Source: Lama glama (taxonomy: Eukaryota). Taken from it: a stretch of DNA of 64,000 bases. How positions within the stretch are numbered: position 1 is the first letter of the stretch; every line of letters begins with the position of its first letter. A model generated the notes under the pieces. That model was not told the DNA's origin. It was given only the letters and a program-made list of their open reading frames with translations, and did no database searches. The stretch is taken from positions 4,466,001 to 4,530,000 of the forward strand of contig CM052818.1 of assembly GCA_028534125.1 (NCBI GenBank), given 5' to 3'. This document shows positions 50,201-60,660 of this stretch, piece by piece. Made by a program: the position numbers and the translations under genes.

Positions 50201-52598
50201 ACCATTTCTTATTTGTGGACTTTTTTTTTTTTAATAAAAGTACATTCAGTTACAATGTGTCAATTTCTGGTGTACAGCACAATGTCCCAGTCATGCATAT
50301 TATTTGTAGACTTTTTGATGGTGTCCATTCTGACAGGTAGGAAGTGGTATCTTGTTGTTTTGATTTGCATTTCTCTAATAATTAGTGATGTTGAATATCT
50401 TTTCATGTGCCTGTTAGCCATCTGTAGGTCTTCTAAGTTTAATTAGGTCCCAAAAATTTTTGTTTATTTTTGCTTTTATTTCTTTTATAAGACAGATCCA
50501 AAAAAAAATACTGCTACAATTTATGTCAGTGTGTTCTGCCTATGTTCTCTTCCAGCAGTTTTATGGTTTCAGGTCTTAGATTTAGGTTTTTGATTCATTT
50601 TGAGTTTGTTTTTTGTATGTGGTGTGACGAAATGTTTTAATCTCATTGGTTCACATGTAGCTGTCCAGTTTTCCCAGCACCACTTATTGAAGAGACTGTC
50701 ACTTCCCCATTGTACATTCTTGCTTCCTTTGTCATAAATAAGTTGACCACATGTATGTGGACTCATTTCTGGGCTTAGTCTTCTGTTCCCTTGATCCGTG
50801 TGTCTGTTTTGTGCCTGTACCATACTGTTTTTTGATTATTGTACTTTTATAGTACAGTCTGAAGTCCGATACCTCCAGCTTTGTTCTTTTTTGTTCTTTT
50901 TTCTTAGGATTGCTTTGGTAGTTCAGGGTTTTTTTGTGATTCCACATGAGTTTTAGAATTATTTGTTCTAATTCTGTGCAAAATGTCATGGGTATTTTAA
51001 TAGGGAGTGCATTAAATCTGTAGATAGGTAATATAGCCATTTTAACAATATTAATTCTTCCAATCCAAGAGCATGGGATAGTATCTTCCCATTTTTTTAT
51101 ATCATCTTCAATTTCTTTTATCAGTATTTTATAGTTTTTAAGTATAGAGTATAGGCCTTTTGCTTCCTTGGTTAAATTTATTCCTAGGTATTTTATTCTT
51201 CCTGATGCAATTTTAAACAGGATTTTTTTTTCTACTTTCTATTTCTGATAGTTCATTATTAGTATGTGAAAATGCAACAGATTTCTGTGTATTAATCTTG
51301 TAGCTTGCAACTGAATTCACTTATTCCTTCTAATAGTTTTGGGGCAGAGACTTTAGGTTCTTTCTGTATAAAGCTGTCTTGTCATCTGCAAATAGTGACA
51401 GTTTCATTTCTTCCCCTTGGGATGCCTTTTCTGTCTTTTTCTGGTCTGAAGGCTGTGGCTGGGACTTCCAATACTGTATTAAATAGAAGTGGTAAGAGCG
51501 AGCATCCTTGTCTTATTCCTGAAATTAGAGGAAGGGCTTCAGCTTTTCATGGTTGAGTATTACGTAGGCTCTGCTCCCAAGTTGTTTCCTGCGCCTTAAA
51601 CTCTTGGCCTTTATTATACCTTCTGAAGTAAAGGCAGTGTTACAGTTGATCCCTAACAGGCTCTAAAAGGTCTTCTGAGGAGCAGTATCCCCGTATTTCA
51701 TTAGAAACAAGCCCCATGGGGGAGGGCTATTTCTTCCTCCCCTCTCTCAAATCTAGACCAAATGATATTTATGAAGAGCCTTCAGCTCTTTGTATTTCAT
51801 AAATTTATATCTTCAGCTGATAGAAAATCAGATGTTCTGTTTTCTTTTTTGAAGCAATGATGTTAAGGCTAAAATCTCCTCCCAGCAGCGCCTTCCCATA
51901 GCAATGGTACGCAGAATGTCCTTAGGCTCGAGGGAACTCTGGGATTGGAAATCGGTGTCAGGTCTCTGTCCGGAAGTGTTTAGATGAGGTTGTACAAATG
52001 TTACTTGTAAGGTAAAAGGTTACTTGTGGTGCCCAGCAATCCAAATCTAGAGAATCACAATAAAAGAAGATTAAGATCACCAAGTGAATTTATTACAGAA
52101 TGCTAGATCAACCTAGAACTTTCATTGTAAAAGAGAAAATAACAACTCATGCTGAATAGAAATAATGTTTAAACTTTTTTAGTAGAACTAATGCTTTTTT
52201 GTGAGATTTTTGGCGGTTGGGATTGAGGTTGAAACACTGTCTGCTTATCAACTCAACATTAGAAAGATTCCTTAACCAAGTCCAGTAAGCAGGTGAGAAA
52301 TACAAATAGTCACTGGAGTATATGTATAAAAATAAAATGAGAAATACTCAGATGTATCTCCTCTTACCAGCGCTTTGATCTTGTTTTCAGTGAATACCCG
52401 ATTCAGCGGTCAAAGAAAGATTCCGAGGGTGTAGAGATGGGAGTTGCGGGCTCGGTCAGCCTTCTGCAAAATGTTACATTGTCCACTCAGCCCATCTCAA
52501 GTTTGGACTGGAGTCCAGACAAGAGGGGTCTCTGCATCTGTAGTTCATTTGATCAAATGGTAAGAGTGCTGATTGTTACAAAACTCCAGAAAATTTGA
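32101..52598 (+). CDS. DNAAF10: Dynein axonemal assembly factor 10 (WDR92/Monad, WD40), complete 357 aa: join(32101..32283,38355..38455,40653..40783,42960..43061,45860..45975,46678..46812,47984..48081,52391..52598)
   Basis: Exon lengths 183+101+131+102+116+135+98+208=1074 nt, open. [16 protein letters not shown]...VTGSRDGTVKVWD...[13 protein letters not shown]...[18 protein letters not shown]. Confidence 0.98.
32745..33220 (-). mobile_element. L2 fragments
   Basis: ttcaacgagtatcagtttattgcctgg...aatgaagggttttaactgggatgtggcaagatcagattt. Confidence 0.6.
34497..34732. mobile_element. MER5A-like MITE containing a (GT)n tract (34559-34582)
   Basis: cagtgattctcaactc...catcagggtcacctg...caggcgattctgatg...gattgactaccattg. 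Confidence 0.75.
35988..38157 (+). mobile_element. Tigger1 DNA transposon, near full-length, with disrupted pogo-family transposase; 5' TIR missing
   Basis: Fragmented frames [17 protein letters not shown]...[56 protein letters not shown]; ends GAGGTCTGCCTG|TA. Confidence 0.95.
38355..38455 (+). CDS. DNAAF10: DNAAF10 exon 2
   Basis: aag|[33 protein letters not shown]+TG|gtaagg. Confidence 0.96.
40653..40783 (+). CDS. DNAAF10: DNAAF10 exon 3
   Basis: tag|(W)[17 protein letters not shown]...VTGSRD+G|gtgagt. Confidence 0.97.
42960..43061 (+). CDS. DNAAF10: DNAAF10 exon 4
   Basis: cag|(G)[33 protein letters not shown]+G|gtaaat. Confidence 0.97.
43200..43405 (+). mobile_element. MIR
   Basis: gggtttgaatcctcactgtgctacttactggctgtgtgaccttgggcaagttac...aaagtgcctagaa. 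Confidence 0.85.
43883..43997 (+). mobile_element. tRNA-Ala-derived SINE (Vic-1-like), internally deleted
   Basis: GGGGGAGTATAGCTCAGCGGTTGAGCACATGCTTAGCATACAC... then (AATA)n and C-rich tail. Confidence 0.8.
44215..45200 (-). mobile_element. L2 (interrupted by a SINE)
   Basis: catttatccatt...aacagacatattctagcctcaagcagctt...gggctggagtttataaga. Confidence 0.6.
44343..44462 (+). mobile_element. tRNA-Ala-derived SINE (Vic-1-like)
   Basis: GGGAGGGTATAGCTCAGTGGTAGAG (A box)...GGTTCAACCCC (B box), (AATA)n, C-run, A tail. Confidence 0.88.
45860..45975 (+). CDS. DNAAF10: DNAAF10 exon 5
   Basis: cag|(G)[38 protein letters not shown]|gtaatg. Confidence 0.97.
46678..46812 (+). CDS. DNAAF10: DNAAF10 exon 6
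   Basis: cag|[45 protein letters not shown]|gtaaac. Confidence 0.97.
47303..47377. repeat. (TTCA)n/(TACA)n tetranucleotide-like repeat
   Basis: Directly visible; lies at the tail of a MIR/L2-like piece. Confidence 0.85.
47592..47723 (+). mobile_element. tRNA-Ala-derived SINE (Vic-1-like) with GA-rich tail
   Basis: AGCTCAGTGGTGGAGCGCATGCTCAGCATGCACGAGGTCCTGGGTTCAACCCC; TSD-like TAAAAATAAAGCAAAA (47576) / TAAAAATAAAGAAAAA (47724). Confidence 0.88.
47984..48081 (+). CDS. DNAAF10: DNAAF10 exon 7
   Basis: cag|[32 protein letters not shown]+TA|gtaagt. Confidence 0.97.
49448..51572 (-). mobile_element. L1 (ORF2 3' part and 3' UTR), antisense in DNAAF10 intron 7
   Basis: Minus-strand frames [47 protein letters not shown]. 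Confidence 0.93.
52391..52598 (+). CDS. DNAAF10: DNAAF10 exon 8 coding part
   Basis: cag|(Y)[21 protein letters not shown]...[12 protein letters not shown] (TGA 52596-52598). Confidence 0.97.
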
Positions 52599-53016
52599 CC
52601 TGAAGACTTTGGACTGGAAACCTTCCAGAGGAACACTCACAGAATTTGGAATATGTTCTGGGGTCCTCTGACTCTCACTGAACAAAGCTGGATTTGATCG
52701 ATGGAAAAGGCCCCAGATGCAGACCTCCAGGCCAGCCTTTCTCTGGGTGGGAAATGCCAAGCTATGTGTCCGGGGACCTGACTGGCCACTGGTTTGCGCC
52801 TCGGTCTCCAGCTCCAACACTGTTCCTCTCTCCTCTATCTCTAAGTAAAAGTTGAAACTTTTCTATATTTAAACATTTAAAATTTTCAGCATCCTGAGTT
52901 CCTTATTCTGTAATAACACTTCTGTTGTATTTTGGTATTTGCAGTGTTGTGGTAGTGACTTCAGTTGGTTTAAAATAGTTTGCCTTGGTAAAACCTCTGT
53001 GAATTTAACCTTCATA

Positions 53017-53373
53017 AATAAATACACTTTTGAGAGATTTCAGTGTCCGTAAGTTTCTGTAAAGAATATTAATTTATAAAATACCAAAATGGTATGGTCA
53101 GCCTAGATTTGGGTCACTGGTCACTGTTTTCAGCAGTGTAACTCATAAAATGAAATACTGTGATTTACAAAGACCTCTTTTTTTTAACTTAAAAACCAGG
53201 AGTTAAATTCTTGAGACTTTTCGGTTGTTGGCTGTGATGAGTGATGTTGAGCTGTACAGGATTGTGGGGCTTTTGTAACCTTGTTTTTTGTCAATTTTTT
53301 TAGTTTATTTTATGAGTAAATTTCATTTCATTGTAAATTTTGTAGAACCTTTGATTCTTTTAATAGTAATAAA
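53017..53373 (+). terminator. Candidate DNAAF10 polyadenylation signals (AATAAA at 53017-53022 and 53368-53373)
   Basis: Canonical hexamers in the AT-rich 3' UTR; a third lies at 53703-53708. Confidence 0.55.
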
Positions 53374-54309
53374 GCCAACACATCACTTTTTTTGCTTTGT
53401 AAATGCTTAATAAGTACCTCTTAAGTCACTTTGTTTCTCTGATGCCCAGCATGTCCATAGCTAAACTCAGGAATCAACTTCATTGCCCTTTCATTAAGTC
53501 TTCCTGCTCCCCCTGCCCCATTCAAGAGACAGAGCCCCCAGAACGCTCGTACTATGTAAAACTCATGTGATTTCAGGGGTTCTTGGAAAGCCACTTGTTT
53601 GGAATATTACATTCAGAAAATTAAACATTTTTTTAAATCCCCAAAATGTTTACCAAACAATGCTGTGGACATAATTAGGAAAGTAAAAATTAAACTGAAC
53701 TTAATAAAACCTATCCCTGATGGGTTTTGTTTTTAATTTTCAAAGAAAAAATGAGAAATTTGTGAAATTCTTTTAGGACACTTACATTTGGTGCTGTAAT
53801 TAGAGGTTTTAGTCAAGACCAATGAATACTTGTGTTTCATTATGTCTAAGATGTACTGATTTTGATGTTATCTTAGGCCTCTGAGAAAAGTGTTGCCGAT
53901 GAAACTGATACAGTGCTTTCTTATCAGTTAGCATTCTTTAATATTCACTGAATGTTCTTTTAAACTTATTTAGGTACAGGTTTTTTTCAGTATATATCAC
54001 TCTTGTGCATCCCTAGAAAAGAAAATATATACAAAATAAATTTGGTTTGGTATTCCTCAAATTTCATTCTGTTCGAAGTCTGATCCTTCTAAATCACTTT
54101 TTGAATTGAGTCATTAATGTTCTTTCTATTCCTTCTAATATTGTCCTTTGTACCATAAAAATTGTTGGTGATGCAACAGTTCTCGAAAACATGCTTCTCT
54201 GTTGTCTGTAGGTTTTTCTTTCCATCAACTGACATTTATTCTACAAGTTTTGGTGCACACATGCTGGCCATGACTGCTGTCACCATCACTGCCTGGCTTA
54301 CTGCCTTTG

Positions 54310-54850
54310 GTTCAGTTGTCTGTTGCTGTGTAACAAAGCAGTGCAAAACTTAGTATCTTAAAACAGTAAAAGCATTTACTTCACTTAGAAATCTGTGGTT
54401 TGGGTAGGGCTCAGCAGGGGAGATTCTTCTGTGCTCTTTGCAAGTCAATCAGTCTGTCCTACTCGGGGCTGGAGGACCTGCTCCCAAGGTGGCACTCACA
54501 GGGCTTGCAAGATGGTGCTGGCTGTCAGCTGAGACCTCTGCCAAGGCCTGACACCCAGGCCGGGGTGTCCTCAACATGGTGGCTGGGTTCCGAGAACGAG
54601 CATCCCCAAAGAGAAGGCCAGGTAGAAGCAGTATCATTTTTAATGGCCTAGCATCATGACTCATTTAGCATCACTTCTGCCACACTCCATTACATTAGTT
54701 AAGGGGGTCGGACCCCCCACAACTGTCTCCACCAGTTCCAAGGGAGGAGACATAAACTCCACTTCTGGATGGGGGCTTAAGTTAGGTTCTGGAAGGGCAT
54801 GTGAGACTGAAATACTATGTCCATTTTTGGAAAGTACAATCTGGCACAGT
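54310..54850. mobile_element. MLT1-type (ERVL-MaLR) solo LTR
   Basis: tcagttgtctgttgctgtgtaacaaa...aaaacttagtatcttaaaaca...gggctcagc...catcacttctgccacact. Confidence 0.8.
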
Positions 54851-55297
54851 GATTAAAAGAGGCATCCCAATTTCAAAGATGTGAAAATGGGGGATAGGAG
54901 GCATGTGCATGAACTGAAAGAACTGAGGAAAGACAGAACTTGTAATGCAGCTACCCCATCCCACTCGTCTGCTTCCACCCCTCCCTGCCCCTAAGCTACT
55001 GCAGACATTACTAATCAATCATGATGCTCCTTTTCTCTTGAGCCTCAGAAGCTTTATCTAACTCTACCGATAGCCACTCCTTACTGTTGGCAGGTGAACC
55101 CGAACTTATTTACTGTCCTGAGCCTGGAGAGTGATACCCACCTCCTGGACCAGGCATCATCACCTTAGCAGAGGCCCCCTTGATTCTCAGCTTTGTTGTG
55201 AGTGTGGAATTAGAGACTTTGAAAGCCTTTAGAAAGAACTCACCTGGGCCTCAATGAAGCCTTAGAAAACCACCTCAGAACAGTGAGTCTTGGATAC

Positions 55298-55798
55298 TGG
55301 GATGATCCTGGAACGAGCCACAGGAGGGTGAAAGTAGATTTATTCAGGGAGATGCACAGTCCATAGACCAAGTGCAGTCCATCTCAGAAGGCCAGAGAGG
55401 CCACGAGGTGTGAGGGTGGGTGGTAGTTTTAAAGTAAAAGCAGATACTCCATAGACAGTGTGGGCTGTCTCACCCAGAAGGGAGAGGCCGCAAGGTGCGG
55501 GTTTGTTTTTATGGGCTCGGTAACTTGATATGCTAACAAGCGGCAGAATTATTCCAACTACTTAGGGGAAGGGATGGAGATTCCCAGGAACTGGGTTACT
55601 GCCCACTTTTTGACCTTTTATGGTCAGCCTTGAAACTGTCAAGGCGCCTGTGGGAATGTCATTTCCCATGCTAATATCTTACAATGAGCGCATAATGAAG
55701 CCCAAGATATACTGGGAGTTGACTTTTCTTCCATGTTGGTGCTAATTGCTGCTTCATTCCTTGAATGGCTATGTCCTGCCCCCTTCCTTCCTGTCTCA
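55298..55798 (-). mobile_element. MER41-like ERV1 solo LTR (501 bp) with 4-bp TSD ATAC
   Basis: TG...CA termini flanked by ATAC (55294-55297, 55799-55802); internal blocks (aaactgtcaaggcgcctgtggga, catgctaat...gcgcataatga) resemble MER41. Confidence 0.8.
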
Positions 55799-56869
55799 AT
55801 ACTGCAATCTGCATTCCGGTGCTATGGCTAGTTTGGAAAATAAGTAGGCCATTGGCTGTTAGCTATGTCTAAAAAGGACGGGATGGTGATTTCTGCCAGG
55901 AAGCACCCATCCATGAATGTCTTGCCACCCTCATCGTGTTGTACAGCCCCACCTCAATTCTCTGGATGACATCAGGCTGCCAGGCCCCTATCTGCATGGA
56001 GCTCTCCCTCAGGGCTGGGCTGGACCCAGCAGTCCTGACAGGCCCTGTACTAAGTCTCTGTAAGGGCCTGATGCTGTTCCTGAGAGAGCCTGGGTCACAG
56101 GGCACATGCTGTCAGATCTGTTGAGACCTGCTGACTAAAGTTCTGTCCCTCATCCAGTCTTCTGAGGCATTGGGGCTGCTAGAGAATGTCCCCTTCCCAC
56201 TCCATCCCACACCCCTGAACACCGCCAGGAGTGGTGAGAAATTCTTTGGCCCGTGGATGCCCCCCTCCATCTTCCCTCCAGGGCCAGATTGAACAAGCGG
56301 CGGCACAAAATCTCTGTTTTATCTAGACCCTGTGGATCTGTGACACTGTGTAGGGAGCTCAAGGGAAAAGAACCTGCTGATCCTCAACCTCAAACCAGGA
56401 AAGTGATCCTTCATCAGAACAGCACAGAGGGAGCAGATGCAGCCTGGCCTTACAATGCCACAGCCATTAATGCAGTGTCCACAGGTTTCGCATGTTTTGT
56501 ATCAAACATCAGGCTTAAATGGAGGCAGAGGATTTTGACTTTGTGTTCTTAAATCATAAAGGGAAATTCAGAATAAACACAACCTCTGCTCCCAGGGAAA
56601 CAATGGATATTAGAAATAGCGATGGCTGTGACCAAATACAGCTGCATTTATACAATAGTGCTGGAGCAATTTCCATGAAGGATTTTTTAACAATTGAACT
56701 TTGCTTATGGTATCTTGATCCAGCTCCATCCTGAAAGATAAAACCAGATTACCCAGCAGTGTTCTTCAGACAACGTTCAATGAGTGTTGATTGGTGATAA
56801 AAAAAAATTATGACATAATGACAAAATGAATCATTAGAAATTCCATCTTCTTTCTGTTTTCTCAAGGCA

Positions 56870-57312
56870 TCTCTATTGATTGGGACTAAGTACAGCTGCA
56901 GGTAACTGAGAACACAAAATATTTGTATTTCTCTTTCTATGAAATTTTAGGTAGGCAGTCCAGGCTGCTGTGGTCACTCCACAATGATGAGAGGCCCATC
57001 TCTCTCTGTCTTGTTTCTCCAACCCTCCTCATGATGTATCTTTCACCTCATCACCCAATGTGGCTGCTGTGGCTCCAACCATCACAACACATTTCAGCCA
57101 TCAGGAAAGTAATACCCTGTCACTTTAAAGAACACCACCTCTACTTTCATCCCATTACCCATGGTTTGGTCAAGTGGCTATACCTACCAGAGTTAAGGCT
57201 GAGAAACAGACTTTATTCTGTGCAATGACATACTGAATTGACAGCTGGGAGCTCTGGTACAAGGAAAACAGGAAAATGGGTATTAGGAGACATAAATGGA
57301 TTCTACCACATG
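56870..57312. mobile_element. MLT1-type LTR (older)
   Basis: gggactaagtacagctgcaggtaact...aggcagtccaggctg...tggctccaaccatcaca...ggctgagaaa. Confidence 0.65.
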
Positions 57313-58569
57313 TGACAGATTCTACTACATGTGATAGTCAAGCATAAAGTCCCCCTGGATAAATTCTCCCATGAGATAAAAACTACTAGTGATCAATTCA
57401 TGCTGCTTTAGGTTGCATCTGGCACCCAACAGGCCCTGTGGTTTCTCCTTCAGGTGGCATAGACAAGACACAGTGGATCACCTGTTTTCCTGATCTGTTG
57501 AATTACTTTTATTATCCTTTATGTATGTACATTATGTACTTCAATGGAAGTCCAGCCCAGTACAAAAATATGAAAGAGAAATCCCCCCTGAAAAAAATCT
57601 AACTAATCTCCTGTCCTAAATTTCTTTTCTTGGGAATTTATTTTTACTCAATAACAATTTACTTCAAATTCTAAGCAAGATTTCCATCCAGGGTCAGTCC
57701 AAACACACAACCAGTAGAACATGAATGAATATTTTACCTCGTGCTTTTCTATAAATTCACAAAAGAAATTTGAAGGGTAAATAATTATGATTCAGTGTGT
57801 ATTGGTACCTGCCTAAAATCATGTTTTCAGTGAATGAGGTGGACAAATTTTGTATTTATATAGAAAAAATAAATTGTTTCTTTTAATTTGTCCATCACAC
57901 AAAATGATTTCATCCTTTCTCTGCAGGAGAACAGCCAAAAGGTTTCTTGCAAATACTTCCGACTATCAGTTGTCTCAAGGCATTATCACATGTGCCTCTT
58001 CACAACTTTCAGTGAATTGTCTTTCCCCTGGGAAGGGGGCACTCTCACTTAAGGCTGTGCTGTCTGAATCCCAGGCCTTTGCTGTAACTAACTGCCCTGT
58101 GGCGTACTGCCCCCTTGTGGGAGAATGTTGGCATTGCAGGCTTTAAACCCCAAGAAAATGGATTTTGCCTTTCAAATGCAACTGGAAAAATCTTCACTGT
58201 TCAATTCACATTAGGCACACAAGTCACACTGGACCTTGAGAAGAAATTATACTACAGAAATTAATCCCCTAGATGCGATTGTGTTTATTAAAAAATGACT
58301 TTGTATATAACACTGCATAGAATGCCTATGTTTTACACAAAGGGTTTATTAGTCAAAAGTTATATAACCAGCTTTATTATAGTCAACCTTATTTTTAGTG
58401 CACCGTGAAAACTGACTTCCAAGGGGAAACATTTGGGTTTATAAAAAGTGAGCAATTATCTCATTAAGTAAATAAACCATATATGCCCCCACCGCCCACC
58501 ACCAATTCATTCTGTAAGTTCTGATTGTAATGTGAAGTATGTCTTAAAGTAAGGATTTCCTCAGGCCAT

Positions 58570-59330
58570 TACTCAACTTCCGGCAAACTTTCTAGAATTT
58601 TCCCCCACCTTCCTTGCTCGGGATTGGCATGGGATATAGTCCTTGTTTTCGCAGGCTATTTCTGCGTGAACAAGCCGACGAGCAGGAGGCCTCCCGGGCC
58701 CGGTTTGGGCGCGGGGACCACAGCCAAAACACGCACACCAAACCAGCAGTGGGGTCAAAGACTCATGGTTCTCCCCCACGCCGGAGGCCGGAGACACATT
58801 TCCTGCTCCTCACTTTAAGTCTTCCACTTCTCTTTAGCTCACACTCGGCCTTCTGTAGCAAATCGGAACGTCTCCTGTGGAAGAACATCAGAAGCCGCTG
58901 ACCCAATCCATCCATTTGGGGAAAGACGCGGTGCTGCGGCTCCGACTTCCGACTTCCGGTCCGGAGCTCTTCTCCCGGCACCGCCCACACTCCACTCTCG
59001 CGAGAAGCAGGGTGTGAGGTCAGGCGCGTAACTACCACCACGGGTCAGAGAGGATGTGGGTGAGCCTCTGAGCCATCAGGAGTAAGGGGTGCAGAGGCTT
59101 GGCTCTCACTGCCCTGCAGATAAACAGGAGTTTGATCTGGGCCCGCACGTGCCTTACCTGGTGGGAGAGAACATTCCCACTGGGAGGGAGTCTGCGCCTG
59201 CGGTCAGCGCGCTGTCGGAGCTGGTCCTCCCCGCCACTCAGCAAGGGCTCCGGAACAGCAGATGCGGGGAAGCTGTTACCACCCGCCCAGGGGTCCCTGA
59301 ACTCCTGGCAGATCACAGGCCGAGAGGACA
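58570..59330. promoter_or_regulatory. Orphan CpG-rich promoter-like element
   Basis: CpG-dense; CCAAT 58903, tandem ETS ACTTCCG/ACTTCCGG 58945-58959, GC box 58981, TCTCGCGAGA 58996-59005. Confidence 0.7.
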
Positions 59331-59584
59331 GATCCAGAAGTCTCAGAAGGGGAGTCCTGGTGGCCACAGTCCCTGCTCATCCACAATGAGGCATCAGGCA
59401 TGCTCTGGATTTTCCAAATCTGCTCAGTAAAGCTTCTTAGGAGAAACATCAGAAGCCTCATTCTCTTCCTCACTGTTCAGACTGCTGAAGCTGAAGAGAG
59501 CCGTGAAGAGTGAGCCCCGAGGGGAAACCATGAGCTTGTCTCTAGGGAGACTTGACCGAGATAACGTTAAGAAAGATAGTATCG

Positions 59585-59810
59585 ACAATGATAGCAGCTA
59601 ATATGTATGGAGCACTCACTATGTGGCAGGCACTATCCTCTGTTTCCATCTCTACAGTAAGTTGCTCAGTCCTCACCACAAAACTTTGAAGTCACTACTA
59701 CTGTTGTGGACATTTGCAATGAAGGAATAGGCTTCAAGCGGTTAGGAGCCTTGTCCAAAGCCCCATGGCCAGGAAGCAGGAGATACAAAAGTAGAAGCGT
59801 GGTTTGGCCA
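59585..59810 (-). mobile_element. MIR
   Basis: gatagcagctaatatgtatggagcactcactatgtggcaggcact...agtcctcaccaca...ccttgtccaaag. Confidence 0.75.
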
Positions 59811-59827
59811 TCTCTAGAATCCAAACT

Positions 59828-60660
59828 CTTTGTTTTTAAATTGAAGTATAGTTGATTTAAAATGTTGTGTTAGTTTCAGGTGTACAGCAAAGTGATTCAG
59901 ATATATATGTATATATACATGTGTATATATACACACACACACATATACTTTGTCAGATTCTTTTCCGTTATAGGTTATTACAAGATACTGAATATAATTC
60001 CCTGTGCTATACAGTAGGACCTTGTTGTTGTTATCTGTTTTGTGTATAGTAGTGTGTATCTGCAAATCCCGAATTCCCAGTTTATCCCTCCCTTCCCCTC
60101 TCATAACCACAAGTTTGTTTTCTATGTTTTCTTTCTGTTTTGTAAAGTTCATTTGAATCATTTTTTTAGATTGGACATGTAAGTATTATCATACGGTACT
60201 TTTCTTTCTCTGTCCGACTTCATTTAATACAATCATCTCTAGATCCATCCGTGTTTCTGCAAATAGCATTATTTCATTCTTTCTTATGGCTGAGTAGTAT
60301 TCCATTGCATAAATACACCATAACCTCTTTATCCATTCATATATCAATGGACATTTTGGTTGTTTCCATGTCTTGGCTATTGTAAATAGTGCTGCTATGA
60401 ACATTGGGGTACAAGTGTCTTTCTGGATTAAGGTTCCCTCTGTATATTCGCCCAGCAGTGGGATTGCTGGATCATATGGTAAGTCTATTTTTAGTCTTTT
60501 GAGGAATCTCCATACTGTTTTCCACAGTGGCTGCACCAAACTGCCTTCCCACCAACAGTGTAAGAGGGTTCCCTTTTCTCCACAGCCTCTCTAGCATTTA
60601 TCACTTGTGGACTTTTTTTTTTTTTTCTATTTGTGGACTTTTGAATGAAAGCATTTGAAA
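59828..60660 (-). mobile_element. L1 3' end (ORF2 C-terminus and 3' UTR)
   Basis: Minus frame [29 protein letters not shown]...[22 protein letters not shown]...EYYSAIRKNE. Confidence 0.95.

Noticed and set aside
52596..52604. Stop-codon readthrough (all three genes end TGA-C)
   Set aside because: None has the TGA-CTAG context, and no conserved extension is evident.
53234..53300. C/D snoRNA-like GTGATGA box
   Set aside because: No D box (CTGA) or terminal stem at a suitable distance, and it lies in a 3' UTR.
57299..57336. 19-bp tandem duplication GATTCTAC(C/T)ACATGTGA(C/T)A
   Set aside because: Only two copies, at an old LTR edge; ordinary local duplication, not an array.
59032..59430. Overlapping 96-113 aa ORFs in the orphan CpG patch
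   Set aside because: Non-ATG starts, expected in GC-rich DNA, no recognisable homology.
58884..59457. 13-bp direct repeat AACATCAGAAGCC flanking the orphan promoter core (possible TSD)
   Set aside because: An exact 13-mer pair within ~600 bp is expected roughly once by chance in 64 kb. There is no poly(A), and CpG richness extends outside the repeat.
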